A DNA stretch of 64,000 nt from Fibrobacteria bacterium (GTDB taxonomy: Bacteria > Fibrobacterota > Fibrobacteria > UBA11236), in contig JBGTHM010000032.1 of NCBI GenBank assembly GCA_041746255.1, positions 1-64,000 on the forward strand, written 5' to 3'. Each line of letters opens with the position of its first letter. Position 1 is the stretch's first letter. The position numbers were made by a program, and so were the translations under genes. A model generated the notes under the pieces. It did not search any database, had not been told where the DNA came from, and was given only the letters and a program-made list of their open reading frames with translations. Positions 1 through 10,020 of the stretch are shown one piece after another.

Positions 1-237
1 GGCGCGAAAATCCAGGCATTGCACGACCAGGCTTTGATTAGTGAGGTCGACCACCATTTCGTCGGTCGGCTGTTTCAGCAAGCGATCGAAAGCGTCCAGG
101 TAGACCTTGGTATCGAAGACTTTGCATTCGGTCTCGCCCAAGCTGCGCTGAAAGGCGTCGGCCAGCGCTCGGCCCGCCAAGCGTGCGGCGCCTTCCGGCG
201 GCAGAACCAACATCCATTTACTTCCCCGTTGCGGCAT
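1..237 (-). CDS. N-terminal part of an uncharacterised protein (possibly CgeB-like glycosyltransferase), runs off the window edge
   Basis: ATG overlaps the glpK stop (TGATG); open frame MPQRGSKWMLVLPPEGAARLAG...LTNQSLVVQCLDFRA to position 1; not in the ORF track; family guess is from recall only. Confidence 0.55.
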   Translation of the reverse strand, partial: MPQRGSKWMLVLPPEGAARLAGRALADAFQRSLGETECKVFDTKVYLDAFDRLLKQPTDEMVVDLTNQSLVVQCLDFRA

Positions 238-1715
238 CAGTCGACGGCCCAATCCCGGGAGCGTTTGACGGCAGCATGCCATCCCGCCAACCAGCGCTTA
301 CGGTTGGCATTATCCAGGCGGGGACGATAGGAGCGAATGGGAAAGGAAATTTTCGCCAGGGTTTTCAGGGTATGCTTTCTGCATCCGATGGCGGCCAGCA
401 TGGCGGCTCCCAAGGCCGTCACTTCGGGATTCACGCTCGCCGAGACTTCGGTTTTGAGCATATCGGCCTGGAATTGCATGAGAAATTCATTGCCACTCGC
501 GCCACCGTCGGCTTTGAGCACACGGGTTTTCGGGCTCTTATACTGCGTCCAAAGATCCAGGGTTTGATAAGCGATGGATTCCAGCGCCGCCCGGCAGAAA
601 TGCGCCCTGGAGGTTCCTCTCGTCATCCCGATAATCAGGCCTCGCGCTTGTGGATCCCAATGCGGCGTTCCCAATCCCGCGAAGGCCGGCACGAAGTACA
701 CGCCTTGGTTGGATGGCAGCGATTCGGCCAAGGCCTGGGTTTCGGATGCGCTGCGAATGATTTGCAATTGATCGCGCAAGTACTGAATCGCCGCGCCGCC
801 GACCATAACCGCGCCTTCGTGGGCAAAAGTGGTTTTGCCTCCCAGGTTCCAAGCCACGGTGCCGAGTAAGCCTTTGGGCGGAACCTTATACCTGTCACCG
901 ATGTTTTGCAGCATGAAGCATCCGGTGCCGTAAGTGTTTTTCATGTCGCCGGTTTTTAAACAACGGTGGCCGAAGAGCGATGCCTGTTGGTCGCCGGCTA
1001 CGCCGTTTACGGGAACACCCGATAGAAAGGGAAGTTTGATATCGCCGAAATGGGCATCGGAAGGGAGGATTTCAGGAAGGGAAGCAGCCGGGATGCCGAA
1101 AATGCGCAGCATCTTCTCATCCCAGCGCTGCGTGCGGATATTCATAAGGGATGTTCGCGAAGCGTTGCCGACTTCGATGACATGACGTTCGCCCCCGGTC
1201 AGGCGGAAAACCAGCCAAGAGTCGATGGTTCCGAATGCCAGCGTCTTATTGCGGGCGGCGCGTTTCACCTCCGCGTGATTATCCAGTAGCCACCGCATTT
1301 TCGTAGCCGAAAAATAGGGGTCGACTACCAAGCCGGTGCAGTCGCGAATGGTTTTTTCCAGCTTCTTCTTTTTGAGTTGCGCGCAAAACGCGGCGGTGCG
1401 TCTGTCCTGCCATACGATGGCGCGCGCCAAGGCGCGGCCCGTGGTTTTATCCCAGGCTACGATGGTTTCGCGTTGGTTGGTTATGCCCACGGCCGCGACT
1501 TTTTCGCAACGCGCAGCATTACGCTCCACCAGGATTTTCAAAGTGCGAAGTTGCGTAGCCAGTATTTCCTCGGCGTCATGTTCCACCCAACCCGGTTTGG
1601 GAAAATGTTGCGTGAACTCCTCCTGCACTTGGTCGACGATTTCGAAGGAAGAAGTAAAGAGCAGGGTTCTTGAGCTGGTCGTTCCTTGATCGATGGCGAT
1701 GAAATAAGTGTCCAT
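237..1715 (-). CDS. glpK: Glycerol kinase
   Basis: AIDQGTTSSR, GITNQRET, WQDRRT, DPYFSATK, GDQQA, KNTYGTGCF, ADGGAS motifs; start taken at ATG MDTYF. Confidence 0.97.
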   Translation of the reverse strand: MDTYFIAIDQGTTSSRTLLFTSSFEIVDQVQEEFTQHFPKPGWVEHDAEEILATQLRTLKILVERNAARCEKVAAVGITNQRETIVAWDKTTGRALARAIVWQDRRTAAFCAQLKKKKLEKTIRDCTGLVVDPYFSATKMRWLLDNHAEVKRAARNKTLAFGTIDSWLVFRLTGGERHVIEVGNASRTSLMNIRTQRWDEKMLRIFGIPAASLPEILPSDAHFGDIKLPFLSGVPVNGVAGDQQASLFGHRCLKTGDMKNTYGTGCFMLQNIGDRYKVPPKGLLGTVAWNLGGKTTFAHEGAVMVGGAAIQYLRDQLQIIRSASETQALAESLPSNQGVYFVPAFAGLGTPHWDPQARGLIIGMTRGTSRAHFCRAALESIAYQTLDLWTQYKSPKTRVLKADGGASGNEFLMQFQADMLKTEVSASVNPEVTALGAAMLAAIGCRKHTLKTLAKISFPIRSYRPRLDNANRKRWLAGWHAAVKRSRDWAVD

Positions 1716-1724
1716 AATTCCCAC

Positions 1725-2252
1725 CTAGCGTGTCCTTTTGACGGCTTTTATGGCTAGTCCCAAAATCAACCCGACTCCCACCACGCCCAACATTCCCCAT
1801 AAGACGCTCAGAGGAGATTTCAATACCGCGGCGAAAACAATGGCGAAAAGGAGCAGGGTGGGAATCTCGTTCCATAGGCGCAATTGCCGCGAGGTCATGC
1901 GATTACGGTCCAATTTCAGATTCCGGAGAATAGCGCCGCAGTGGAAATGGTAGGCGAACAGGAACACCAGGAGGAGCAACTTGAGATGAAACCAGGGCAT
2001 GCGATAGGCTTCCACCAGAACCATCAGCCAGATTCCAAATACCGCCGTTCCCACCATGGCCGGTACGGTGATGAAATTCCACAGGCGCGTAGCCATGAGG
2101 TGCAGTTGCGTTTGCAGAATCGATTTCTCGGAAGCAGGTTTGTCGCCGGCTTCCACATGGTAAATGAACAGCCTTACCACGTAGAATAAACCGGCGAACC
2201 AGGCCACCATGAAAACCAGATGGAGCGCCTTTACATAGAGATAAGCGGACAT
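1725..2252 (-). CDS. hemJ: Protoporphyrinogen IX oxidase HemJ (CopD/UPF0093 family)
   Basis: KALHLVFMVAWFAGLFYVVRLFIYHVE, WFHLKL, LRLWNEIPT; multiple TM helices. Confidence 0.92.
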   Translation of the reverse strand: MSAYLYVKALHLVFMVAWFAGLFYVVRLFIYHVEAGDKPASEKSILQTQLHLMATRLWNFITVPAMVGTAVFGIWLMVLVEAYRMPWFHLKLLLLVFLFAYHFHCGAILRNLKLDRNRMTSRQLRLWNEIPTLLLFAIVFAAVLKSPLSVLWGMLGVVGVGLILGLAIKAVKRTR

Positions 2253-2307
2253 GGATAAATAATACTAAGCCTGAGGCCATAGGTTCGACGGAAACCCGTC
2301 CCGGCCG

Positions 2308-2607
2308 TCAATCCGTTTTTTTGCGTTTGGTCCGTGAGGGGAGATTAGGCTTTTCCATAACCAGAGCGGGTTGGTTACGGCTGTGGAAATCCAGTAATTG
2401 GCTGTTGGAAACCCCTAGTGCCGTTGCAAGCTTGACCAGGGTGGAAAGCTTGGGGTCCACCTTGCCATTGAGGATTTTACTCAAACTTCCTTTGGGGATG
2501 GCATTTTCATGGGCGAATTGCTCTACCGTTTGATAGCCCTGCTCGAAAATGAGAGCCTTCAGCCTATCCCCAAATTCTTTGACCCCGCTCAAATGGCTCC
2601 GCTCCAT
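2308..2607 (-). CDS. XRE/Cro-C1 family HTH transcriptional regulator
   Basis: TVEQFAHENAIPKGSLSKILNGKVDPKLSTLVKLATALGV is a typical HTH_3 pattern; GGAGG/GAGG upstream of ATG. Confidence 0.88.
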   Translation of the reverse strand: MERSHLSGVKEFGDRLKALIFEQGYQTVEQFAHENAIPKGSLSKILNGKVDPKLSTLVKLATALGVSNSQLLDFHSRNQPALVMEKPNLPSRTKRKKTD

Positions 2608-2707
2608 CGCCTCAACCTCCGCATGCGCATTCGGTTTCGGCCTTTCAGTTTTTCAATTGTTCTAAACATCTCTCAACAGCCCCGCATAAAATTAGGGATT
2701 ATCCGGG

Positions 2708-2754
2708 TTTACGGGTTTCTCTAGGGAAACTATTATGAGTTTCCTTAAGGAAAC
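2708..2754 (+). promoter_or_regulatory. Sigma-70-like promoter (TTTACG-N17-TATTAT) overlapped by two GTTTC-N6-GAAAC operator-like palindromes
   Basis: GTTTCTCTAGGGAAAC at 2715-2730 fills the -35/-10 spacer; perfect palindrome GTTTCCTTAAGGAAAC at 2739-2754 covers the expected start site. Confidence 0.7.
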
Positions 2755-2806
2755 GACTTGCCCAGTGCGCCCCCGGGTCCGTCTGGCATGGAGTAGGAGG
2801 TATTTC

Positions 2807-3826
2807 GTGGGAAGGCAGGGCGCATCCGGAAATTCAGGGGAAGATGGAAGTCGCTCCCATTGGATTCCCAACCCTTTACTCAAGGGATTATTCGCTTTGA
2901 TGCTCCGGGAATGGCCGCAGCGGGGCATCGAGGATTTCTGGACCCGTCATCCTCTTGATGTACAAGGCCTACTTTTGGATGGACCGGATTTGTTCGGCTA
3001 TATATGGGATAGCGCCTTGAGCACGCCGCCTTGGTATTTCTGGTCGGTGGTCAATAGCTTGGAGCCGTTCATGCGCGCTCGCGGATATGGCAGGCCGGAT
3101 TTGATATGGAACCTGCTCTCGGGTGAACCTTCCACTCCCTACGGATGGATTTGCGGCTTGCCGATTTTCAATTCAATGCCCGAAAAGGGGAAGTCCACAG
3201 GCGATGCAAGATTTGGGATTGCGGAAAGCATTCCTTCCCTCATGAAGCATTGGTTTCCCGGAAGCGACTGCCGGTTATTGCATTGGCGGAGTCGAGCGGG
3301 AAGCAGTGAAGCGGGCTATGCCTTTTCTCCGCAGTCTGAATTCGAGGGACCGATTCCTCCTTTCGATTTCGCTTATTCCATCGGCCCGGTTTTAAAAAAT
3401 CTGCCCTTGACGAGGGGAATAGACCCCTTCGACGCCATAACCCTGCATGCAGACTGTCGCACCTACTCCCAACTTACCTGGGACGATGAGTTTCGCATCG
3501 TGGAAGACGGTTTATATTTGCGCGGCGGGCATTGGGGCCGCGTGGTCGCTTTTTCCACTTTCCTCCGTTATCAGGATTGGGTGATCGGATCCCTGGAACC
3601 CCCCGATCGCCTCGCAGTCTTGTTCGATAAGGCCTTTTTTTGTCCGGTGCGAAAGCGAGTCGTCATCGATGCGGGTAATCTCTGCGGGGCCCCCCTTTAT
3701 CTTTTCAGCCTACGCTTGGAGTCGAAATCTCCCAACCCTGAAATCTCCCTGACTAGAGTGGGAGAGCGCGAAGCGCAGTTTTGGCCCGCAGCGGAAAAAG
3801 CCTTCCGTAACTTCCTACTGCAATAA
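2807..3826 (+). CDS. Hypothetical protein (about 339 aa), divergent from the XRE gene
   Basis: Long open frame; AGGAGG 6 nt before an in-frame GTG at 2807 favours this start over ATG 2735; no family recognised with certainty. Confidence 0.7.
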   Translation: MGRQGASGNSGEDGSRSHWIPNPLLKGLFALMLREWPQRGIEDFWTRHPLDVQGLLLDGPDLFGYIWDSALSTPPWYFWSVVNSLEPFMRARGYGRPDLIWNLLSGEPSTPYGWICGLPIFNSMPEKGKSTGDARFGIAESIPSLMKHWFPGSDCRLLHWRSRAGSSEAGYAFSPQSEFEGPIPPFDFAYSIGPVLKNLPLTRGIDPFDAITLHADCRTYSQLTWDDEFRIVEDGLYLRGGHWGRVVAFSTFLRYQDWVIGSLEPPDRLAVLFDKAFFCPVRKRVVIDAGNLCGAPLYLFSLRLESKSPNPEISLTRVGEREAQFWPAAEKAFRNFLLQ

Positions 3827-3922
3827 AAGGGGTGTGATGGGGCAGTTTGCAGGGTTATTTTTACCCCTGCGGAAGCTTCGCGAATGGGATGCGGCTCCGG
3901 CAACAGGAAGCAGTAAGTACGT

Positions 3923-5113
3923 ATGGAAAATCAAGCCTGGGACATCATCACACGCGGCGCCGTGGAAATCATCAGCGAAGACGAGCTTCGCAAGAAGCTG
4001 GCTGCGAAAAGGCCGCTTAAAATAAAATTGGGCGTCGACCCCACCGCTCCCGATATCCACCTGGGTTTTACCGTGGTGATGCGCAAGCTCCGGCAATTTC
4101 AAGACCTTGGACATGAAGTAATCCTGATCGTGGGGGATTATACCGCCACGGTGGGCGATCCATCGGGAAAAAGCAAGACGCGCCCGATTCTCACCCATGA
4201 AGAGGTTTTGCTCAATGCGGAAACCTACAAACAACAATTTTTCAAAATCGTGGATCCCGCACGCACACGCGTAGTCTATAACGGAGAGTGGTTCGGCAAA
4301 ATCGCCTTCGAAGAGGTGACCAAACTGCTTTCGCAAATCACCGTAGCGCAAATGTTGGAGCGCGAGGATTTTCAGAACCGCTATCGCTCGGGTCAGCCCA
4401 TCAGCCTGCACGAATTTCTCTATCCGATGATGCAAGCATATGATTCGGTGATGATTGAAGCCGATGTCGAATTGGGAGGCATGGACCAGAAATTCAATGT
4501 ATTGCGGGGACGCGAGTTGCAGCGCGGCTTGGGACAGGAGCCGCAAATAGGCTTGTTCATGCCCATTTTGCTCGGCACCGATGGCCGGGAAAAAATGAGC
4601 AAAAGCCTCGGCAATTACATCGGGGTGTCGGAAGAACCGCAGTCCATGTATCACAAGCTTTACAATTTGCCGGATGCCCTGGTGGAAAGTTATTTGCAAT
4701 TGCTGACGGACATACCGCTCCCCGACATAGCGTCGCGCATTGCGGGAATTGCGAACGGAAGCGTCAATCCCAACCAGGTCAAAGAGGAATTGGCGCGTAT
4801 CATCGTAACGCAATACCATGGAACCGAGGCCGCGGAAAAGGCGGCGGTGCAGGAAAAGAAAATCCACTCCGGTGAGGCGCTGCCCGAAGACATGCCGGTG
4901 TTACGGCTGCCGGCGGGGGAGTATGGCATTCCCGAATTGCTGGTCAAGGCCGGCTTGGTAGCCAGCAATGGCGAAGGGCGGCGGCTGATCCAAAACGGCG
5001 GGGTGCGCCTGGACGGCGAAAAGGTGGGAGACATAAAAGCCCGGATGGAAATCCGGGCTTCGCATGTGCTTCAATGTGGAAAACGGAACTTCGCCCGCGT
5101 GGAGCCGGAGTAG
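3923..5113 (+). CDS. tyrS: Tyrosine--tRNA ligase
   Basis: GVDPTAPDIHLG (HIGH), KMSKS, YPMMQAYDS, GGMDQKFN, C-terminal S4-like domain. Confidence 0.97.
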   Translation: MENQAWDIITRGAVEIISEDELRKKLAAKRPLKIKLGVDPTAPDIHLGFTVVMRKLRQFQDLGHEVILIVGDYTATVGDPSGKSKTRPILTHEEVLLNAETYKQQFFKIVDPARTRVVYNGEWFGKIAFEEVTKLLSQITVAQMLEREDFQNRYRSGQPISLHEFLYPMMQAYDSVMIEADVELGGMDQKFNVLRGRELQRGLGQEPQIGLFMPILLGTDGREKMSKSLGNYIGVSEEPQSMYHKLYNLPDALVESYLQLLTDIPLPDIASRIAGIANGSVNPNQVKEELARIIVTQYHGTEAAEKAAVQEKKIHSGEALPEDMPVLRLPAGEYGIPELLVKAGLVASNGEGRRLIQNGGVRLDGEKVGDIKARMEIRASHVLQCGKRNFARVEPE

Positions 5114-5152
5114 CTTAAGACCGCTCCGTACCCAAGACGACGATTTACGAGG

Positions 5153-5518
5153 CTACTTGGCTTCGGCACGCTCGCGCGTGGATTCCTTGATACGGGCGGC
5201 TTTGCCCTGAAGACCGCGCATGTAGAATATACGCGCTCTGCGTACGCTTCCCAGCTTGTTGATCTTAATGGCGGCGATACGCGGCGAATGCACGGGGAAA
5301 ATTCTTTCCACCGCCACTCCGCCGGAAATCTTACGCACCGTGAAGGTTTCCATGATGCCCGCGCCGCGGCGTTGGATTACCACGCCGGTGAAGGTCTGGA
5401 TACGCTCTTTGTTGCCTTCGATAACGCGAAAGTCGACGCTGACGGTGTCGCCCGCGCGAAAAGCCGGAATATCCGTTTTCCGGTTTTCCTTATCGATGGT
5501 CATAATTATGGGATTCAT
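5153..5518 (-). CDS. rplS: 50S ribosomal protein L19
   Basis: [50 protein letters not shown]. Confidence 0.98.
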   Translation of the reverse strand: MNPIIMTIDKENRKTDIPAFRAGDTVSVDFRVIEGNKERIQTFTGVVIQRRGAGIMETFTVRKISGGVAVERIFPVHSPRIAAIKINKLGSVRRARIFYMRGLQGKAARIKESTRERAEAK

Positions 5519-5525
5519 TTACGCT

Positions 5526-6293
5526 TCATCCTTTCTTCGAATTCCGGGAACCGGCTTTACGGTTCATCGGAATTCCATGCAAAATACTTTTCTCTTCTTC
5601 ACTCAGAACCAGGCGTTCAAAAAGATCGGGACGCTTATCACGCGTCGTTTCCAAACTTTCCTTGATCCGCCATTTTCGGATATTCTCATGATGCCCGGAA
5701 ATCAGGACATCGGGCACGCTTCGCTCCTCGAAAGTCTGCGGGCGCGTATATACCGGCCACCCCAATCGATTCTCTTCAAAGAACGAATCAGTTGCAGCCG
5801 ATTGGCTATCGCCCAAAGCTCCAGGCAGCAAACGAGTCACGGCATCGATAAGGACCATGGCCGGAAGTTCGCCGCCGGTCAGGACATAATCGCCGATGCA
5901 AAGCTCTTCGTCGACATAGGCATCCAGTATTCTCTGATCGATGCCTTTATAATGCCCGGAAATGATAAGAAGATTTTCGCATTTAGCCAATTCTTTCGCC
6001 CTTTTCTGGCTGAAAAGAGCCCCCTGGGCCGACATGTGAATCACATGGGGGCGGCTTTCGCCAAACCCCGACAGGGCTTTTTCGAAGGCGGCTTTGACCG
6101 GTTCGGGGCGTAGTACCATGCCGGGTTCGCCGCCATAGGGCACGTCATCCACCTGGCCATAGGGATTCAGGGGAAAATCGCGCAAATTATGGCAAGCCAG
6201 GTGCAGCAGTCCGGCTTTTTGGGCGCGGCCCGGGATGCTGGCTTGCAGGGCCGCGAACATTTCCGGGAACAGGGTGATAACTTCGATGCGCAT
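5526..6293 (-). CDS. trmD: tRNA (guanine37-N1)-methyltransferase
   Basis: ITLFPEMF, VDDVPYGGEPGMVL, GHYKGIDQR, IGDYVLTGGELPA, YTRP; canonical position between rimM and rplS. Confidence 0.97.
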   Translation of the reverse strand: MRIEVITLFPEMFAALQASIPGRAQKAGLLHLACHNLRDFPLNPYGQVDDVPYGGEPGMVLRPEPVKAAFEKALSGFGESRPHVIHMSAQGALFSQKRAKELAKCENLLIISGHYKGIDQRILDAYVDEELCIGDYVLTGGELPAMVLIDAVTRLLPGALGDSQSAATDSFFEENRLGWPVYTRPQTFEERSVPDVLISGHHENIRKWRIKESLETTRDKRPDLFERLVLSEEEKSILHGIPMNRKAGSRNSKKG

Positions 6294-6304
6294 GGGGCTT
6301 TTGA

Positions 6305-6850
6305 CTAGAGCAGCTCACGGAGCTGGGTCATGTCTACATGGACGACTTGAGAGGGGAGATCGATTTTTTTTACGAAATGCTCATTCCAGGGAATCAGGGT
6401 TTCCCCTTTTTGGGTGTCCACCAGGAGGAGCTCTGAAGCGGCATTTTCCAGAATTTCGCGGACTTTACCGATTTCGGCTCCGGTTTCGTCTACGACTTTC
6501 AGTCCGGGCATATCGGAGAAGTACACCATGTTTTCCGGTAGGGGAAGGCGCTCCGATTCGGGAATTAATAGTTGGCCCCCGCTTAAGTGGGATACCGATT
6601 CGGGAGTGCGATGGCCTTCGAAACGGAGATACCAGAACATGCCGTCGTCGCGGGTGGCGCCGATTTTAAGCGGAACAGGCGCCGCCTCGGTTCCTTTTTG
6701 GAAATAGACAGTAGTCAGGTGCTGATGTCGGTTGAAATCAAAAGTTTCGGGCTTGACGCGAATCTCTCCCAGTAAACCGAAGGGTTTCTGGAAATATCCG
6801 ATTAGCACAAATTCATTCGCTGCGGGGGAGGATGGTTGCGTACCGCTCAT
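6305..6850 (-). CDS. rimM: Ribosome maturation factor RimM
   Basis: IGYFQKPFGLLGEIRV, YFSDMPGLKV, IGKVREI, LIPW; synteny with rpsP and trmD; start chosen at MSGTQP. Confidence 0.93.
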   Translation of the reverse strand: MSGTQPSSPAANEFVLIGYFQKPFGLLGEIRVKPETFDFNRHQHLTTVYFQKGTEAAPVPLKIGATRDDGMFWYLRFEGHRTPESVSHLSGGQLLIPESERLPLPENMVYFSDMPGLKVVDETGAEIGKVREILENAASELLLVDTQKGETLIPWNEHFVKKIDLPSQVVHVDMTQLRELL

Positions 6851-6904
6851 GGGAAGTGTGGGGAAGAGAGTGGGCGCCGTGAAACAGCGCGCCACTTCGT
6901 AAAA

Positions 6905-7405
6905 CTAGGCTTCCGGGGTGGCTTCAGCAGGCTTTTCAGCTTCTGCAGCTTTAGCGGCGGCTTCGGCTTTGTCGGCCTCAACCTTGGCGGCGGCAGCTTT
7001 GGTAGCTTCGGCGGCTTTCGCTACTTCGGCTTTCTCGGCTTCCTCACGCTCTTTAGCCTGGGCTTCTTTGGCCTTCTTATGCAACTTGGTGCGAGGCTTC
7101 CAGGTGCGAACTGCGCCTGCGGCTTCTTCCAAAGTTTTTCCGGCTTTGACCTGGATGAACTTATCCATCAGGCCGGCACGGCGAAACAAGGTGTGTACCG
7201 TTTCGGAAGGCTTGGCGCCCGTTTGCATCCATTTAATGGCTGCCGGTTCGTCGACCTTAAGAACAGGTGGATTTTGGTTGGGGTCGTAATGACCAATATG
7301 CTGCAGGAACTTTCCCTGCGGCTTGTTGCGCGAATCCGCTACTGCGATCCGATAAATCGGAAGGTGCTTGCGGCCCTGCCTGGACAGTCTTATGACTACG
7401 GACAA
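6905..7405 (-). CDS. rpsP: 30S ribosomal protein S16 with long Ala/Glu/Lys-rich C-terminal tail
   Basis: IRLSRQGRKHLPIYRIAVADSR, IGHYDP, GAKPSETV; TTG start with GGAGG RBS. Confidence 0.96.
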   Translation of the reverse strand: MSVVIRLSRQGRKHLPIYRIAVADSRNKPQGKFLQHIGHYDPNQNPPVLKVDEPAAIKWMQTGAKPSETVHTLFRRAGLMDKFIQVKAGKTLEEAAGAVRTWKPRTKLHKKAKEAQAKEREEAEKAEVAKAAEATKAAAAKVEADKAEAAAKAAEAEKPAEATPEA

Positions 7406-7499
7406 AGAGGTTCCTCCAGTAAATTATGAGAGCGGTAAATTAGTAAAAAAGCCGCGGAATCACAGGGGATGGGATGTATCCGGGGTAAAAGGCGGGCAT

Positions 7500-8846
7500 T
7501 CACATACCCGGCATGCCTCCCCCGCCTTGCATCATGCGGGCCATTTCCCGCATTTTTCCGGGTTTCCCCGTGATTTGCTTCATCATTTTCTGCATTTGTT
7601 CAAATTGCTTGAGCACTTTGTTGACATGCTGCACCGAGGTGCCGCTTCCCATGGCCACCCTTTTGCGGCGGGAGCCATCGATGATTTTGGGGGTTTTGCG
7701 CTCAATCGGGGTCATGGAACTCAAAATGGCTTCTACATGCACCAGTTCTTTTTCATTGATGGCGCCGGTGGATAATTTGCTCATTCCGGGGATCATGGCC
7801 AGCAAATCGGTCATGGAGCCCATTTTCTTGATTTGCCGTAATTGCTGTAAAAAATCATCCAAATCGAATTTATTCTGCCGGAATTTCTTTTCAAATTGCT
7901 TGGCCTGTTTTTCGTCGACCACCGCCTGGGCTTTTTCGACCAGGGTAAGCACGTCGCCCATGCCCAGAATGCGCGAGGCCATGCGATCCGGGTGGAAGAG
8001 TTCCAGGGCGTCCATTTTTTCACCCACGCCGACATAGTGGATGGGTTTACCCGTGATATGCTTGATGCTGAGGGCCGCGCCGCCGCGCGAGTCGCCGTCC
8101 ATTTTAGTGAGGATGACACCGCTGAACTGCAGCCTTTCATTAAAGGCCTGGGCGACATTGACGGCTTCCTGGCCCGTCATGGCATCGGCCACGAAGAATT
8201 TTTCGTTGGGTTTGATGTCGGCGCAGAGTTTTTCCAGCTCGGCCATCAGGGTATCGTCGATTTGCGTGCGTCCCGCCGTATCGTAAATAACCAGATCGTG
8301 GTCATTTTCACGGGCGAAGCGCCTGCCGTTACGCGCGATTTGTACCGGATCGCCTTGGCCCTCTTCGAAAACGGGGATGCCGAGTTGTTTTCCGATGGTT
8401 TGCAGCTGTTTGATGGCGGCGGGACGGTATACGTCGCAGGCTACCATCAAGGGTTTTTTCTTTTTGTGATTGCGCAGATAAAGCGCCAATTTGCCGCAGG
8501 CCGTGGTTTTACCGGAGCCTTGCAGCCCCATCAGCACGATTTGTACGGGGGGGGAGCCTTGGTAGAGCGGCTCCCGCGATTGACCGCCCAAAAGTGCGAC
8601 CATTTCGTCATGGATGACCTTGACCATGAGCTGGCCGGGGGAAACCGACGTGAGAACTTCTTGGCCCAGGGCCTCTTCTTTGACCTTGGCGATGAATTCT
8701 TTGGCGGTTTTGAAGTTGACGTCGGCGGAAAGCAGGGCGACGCGGACTTCGCGCAGGGCGTCGGCGACATTGGCCTCGGTGAGTTTGCCCTGGCCGCTGA
8801 GCTTTTTGAAGACGCCTTCAAGTTTGTCGGTTAACTGTTCGAACAT
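7500..8846 (-). CDS. ffh: Signal recognition particle protein
   Basis: MFEQL, GLQGSGKTT, DVYRPAA, DTAGR, TKMDGDSRGG, Met-rich M domain. Confidence 0.98.
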   Translation of the reverse strand: MFEQLTDKLEGVFKKLSGQGKLTEANVADALREVRVALLSADVNFKTAKEFIAKVKEEALGQEVLTSVSPGQLMVKVIHDEMVALLGGQSREPLYQGSPPVQIVLMGLQGSGKTTACGKLALYLRNHKKKKPLMVACDVYRPAAIKQLQTIGKQLGIPVFEEGQGDPVQIARNGRRFARENDHDLVIYDTAGRTQIDDTLMAELEKLCADIKPNEKFFVADAMTGQEAVNVAQAFNERLQFSGVILTKMDGDSRGGAALSIKHITGKPIHYVGVGEKMDALELFHPDRMASRILGMGDVLTLVEKAQAVVDEKQAKQFEKKFRQNKFDLDDFLQQLRQIKKMGSMTDLLAMIPGMSKLSTGAINEKELVHVEAILSSMTPIERKTPKIIDGSRRKRVAMGSGTSVQHVNKVLKQFEQMQKMMKQITGKPGKMREMARMMQGGGGMPGM

Positions 8847-8899
8847 TTTTCTAAATTAGCAACTTTTTCCCCGGTTAAATTCTCGGAAAGGCTTATTCC

Positions 8900-9901
8900 A
8901 TGCTTAAAGTGTATACCTCCAAAGACGGTTCCATGGCTCCCCTCAAGGGCAAGACCCTGGCCGTAATCGGTTATGGCAGCCAAGGCCATGCCCAGGCGCA
9001 AAACCTTCGCGATAGCGGCGTGAATGTCATCATCGGTCAACGCAAAGGATCGGCGAATTACAAGCTGGCCGTCAAGCATGGCTTCAAACCCGTCAGCGCC
9101 GCCGAGGCCGCGCAGAAGGCGGACATCATCCAGATTCTGCTTCCCGACGAAGTGCAGAAAACCGTGTATGAAAGCGACATCCTGCCGCATCTCAAGCCCG
9201 GCAAGGCGCTCATTTTTTCGCATGGCTTCAATATCCATTTCGGCATCATCAAACCGCCCAAAGACGTGGACGTATTGATGGTAGCTCCCAAGGGCCCGGG
9301 CCATTTGGTGCGCAGCGAGTTCGTCAAAGGCGGCGGGGTGCCTTGCCTTATCGCCGTCAAGCAGGACGCATCGGGAAAAGCCATGCAAATCGCGCTGGCG
9401 CATGCGCGGGGAGTGGGCGGTCTTAAAGCCGGCGCCATCGAGACGAATTTCAAAGACGAAACCGAAACCGATTTGTTCGGCGAGCAGGCGGTTTTGTGCG
9501 GCGGCGTGTCGCATTTAGTGAAGGCCGGTTTCGAGACTTTGACCGAAGCGGGCTACCCGGAAGAGCTGGCCTATTTCGAATGTATGCATGAACTCAAGCT
9601 CATAGTCGATTTGTTTTATCAAGGCGGCCTGAGCTATATGCGCTATTCGGTTTCCAACACGGCGGAATATGGCGATATGGTGAGCGGACCGCGCATCGTC
9701 ACCGACAAGACGAAGTTGGAGATGAAGAAAATCCTGAAGGAAATTCAGAATGGTAAGTTCGCCAAGTCGTTCCTGGGTGAACTGCAAGGCGGCGGCAAGA
9801 GTTTCCGCGCCTGGGAGGAGAAGGAGAAGAAGCATCCCGTCGAAGTGGTGGGACGTCGTCTTCGCAAGAACATGAAGTGGATCGATTCGAAAGAGGTTTG
9901 A
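8900..9901 (+). CDS. ilvC: Ketol-acid reductoisomerase
   Basis: [54 protein letters not shown]. Confidence 0.98.
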   Translation: MLKVYTSKDGSMAPLKGKTLAVIGYGSQGHAQAQNLRDSGVNVIIGQRKGSANYKLAVKHGFKPVSAAEAAQKADIIQILLPDEVQKTVYESDILPHLKPGKALIFSHGFNIHFGIIKPPKDVDVLMVAPKGPGHLVRSEFVKGGGVPCLIAVKQDASGKAMQIALAHARGVGGLKAGAIETNFKDETETDLFGEQAVLCGGVSHLVKAGFETLTEAGYPEELAYFECMHELKLIVDLFYQGGLSYMRYSVSNTAEYGDMVSGPRIVTDKTKLEMKKILKEIQNGKFAKSFLGELQGGGKSFRAWEEKEKKHPVEVVGRRLRKNMKWIDSKEV

Positions 9902-9921
9902 GTTCGAATTAGAAGTCGTCT

Positions 9922-9968
9922 AGGGCGTCGGTTGGATTCCATTCATCCGGCGCCCTTATTTTTTATTT
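9922..9968 (+). terminator. Probable intrinsic terminator after ilvC
   Basis: AGGGCGTCGG (9922-9931) pairs with CCGGCGCCCT (9947-9956) with one G-U pair, followed by TATTTTTTATTT. Confidence 0.65.
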
Positions 9969-10020
9969 TCCGCAAGCACCCTCCCCGAATCCCGCACCCA
10001 ATCCCCAAGGAGGAAGCCCC

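Noticed and set aside
2735..2806. ORF-track start at ATG 2735
   Set aside because: It lies within the promoter/operator and has no RBS; GTG 2807 has AGGAGG
3815..9514. Long antisense ORFs (3815-4867, 5256-6113, 7896-8834, 8831-9514 and similar ones elsewhere)
   Set aside because: Shadows of well-supported genes on the opposite strand in GC-rich DNA; no motifs
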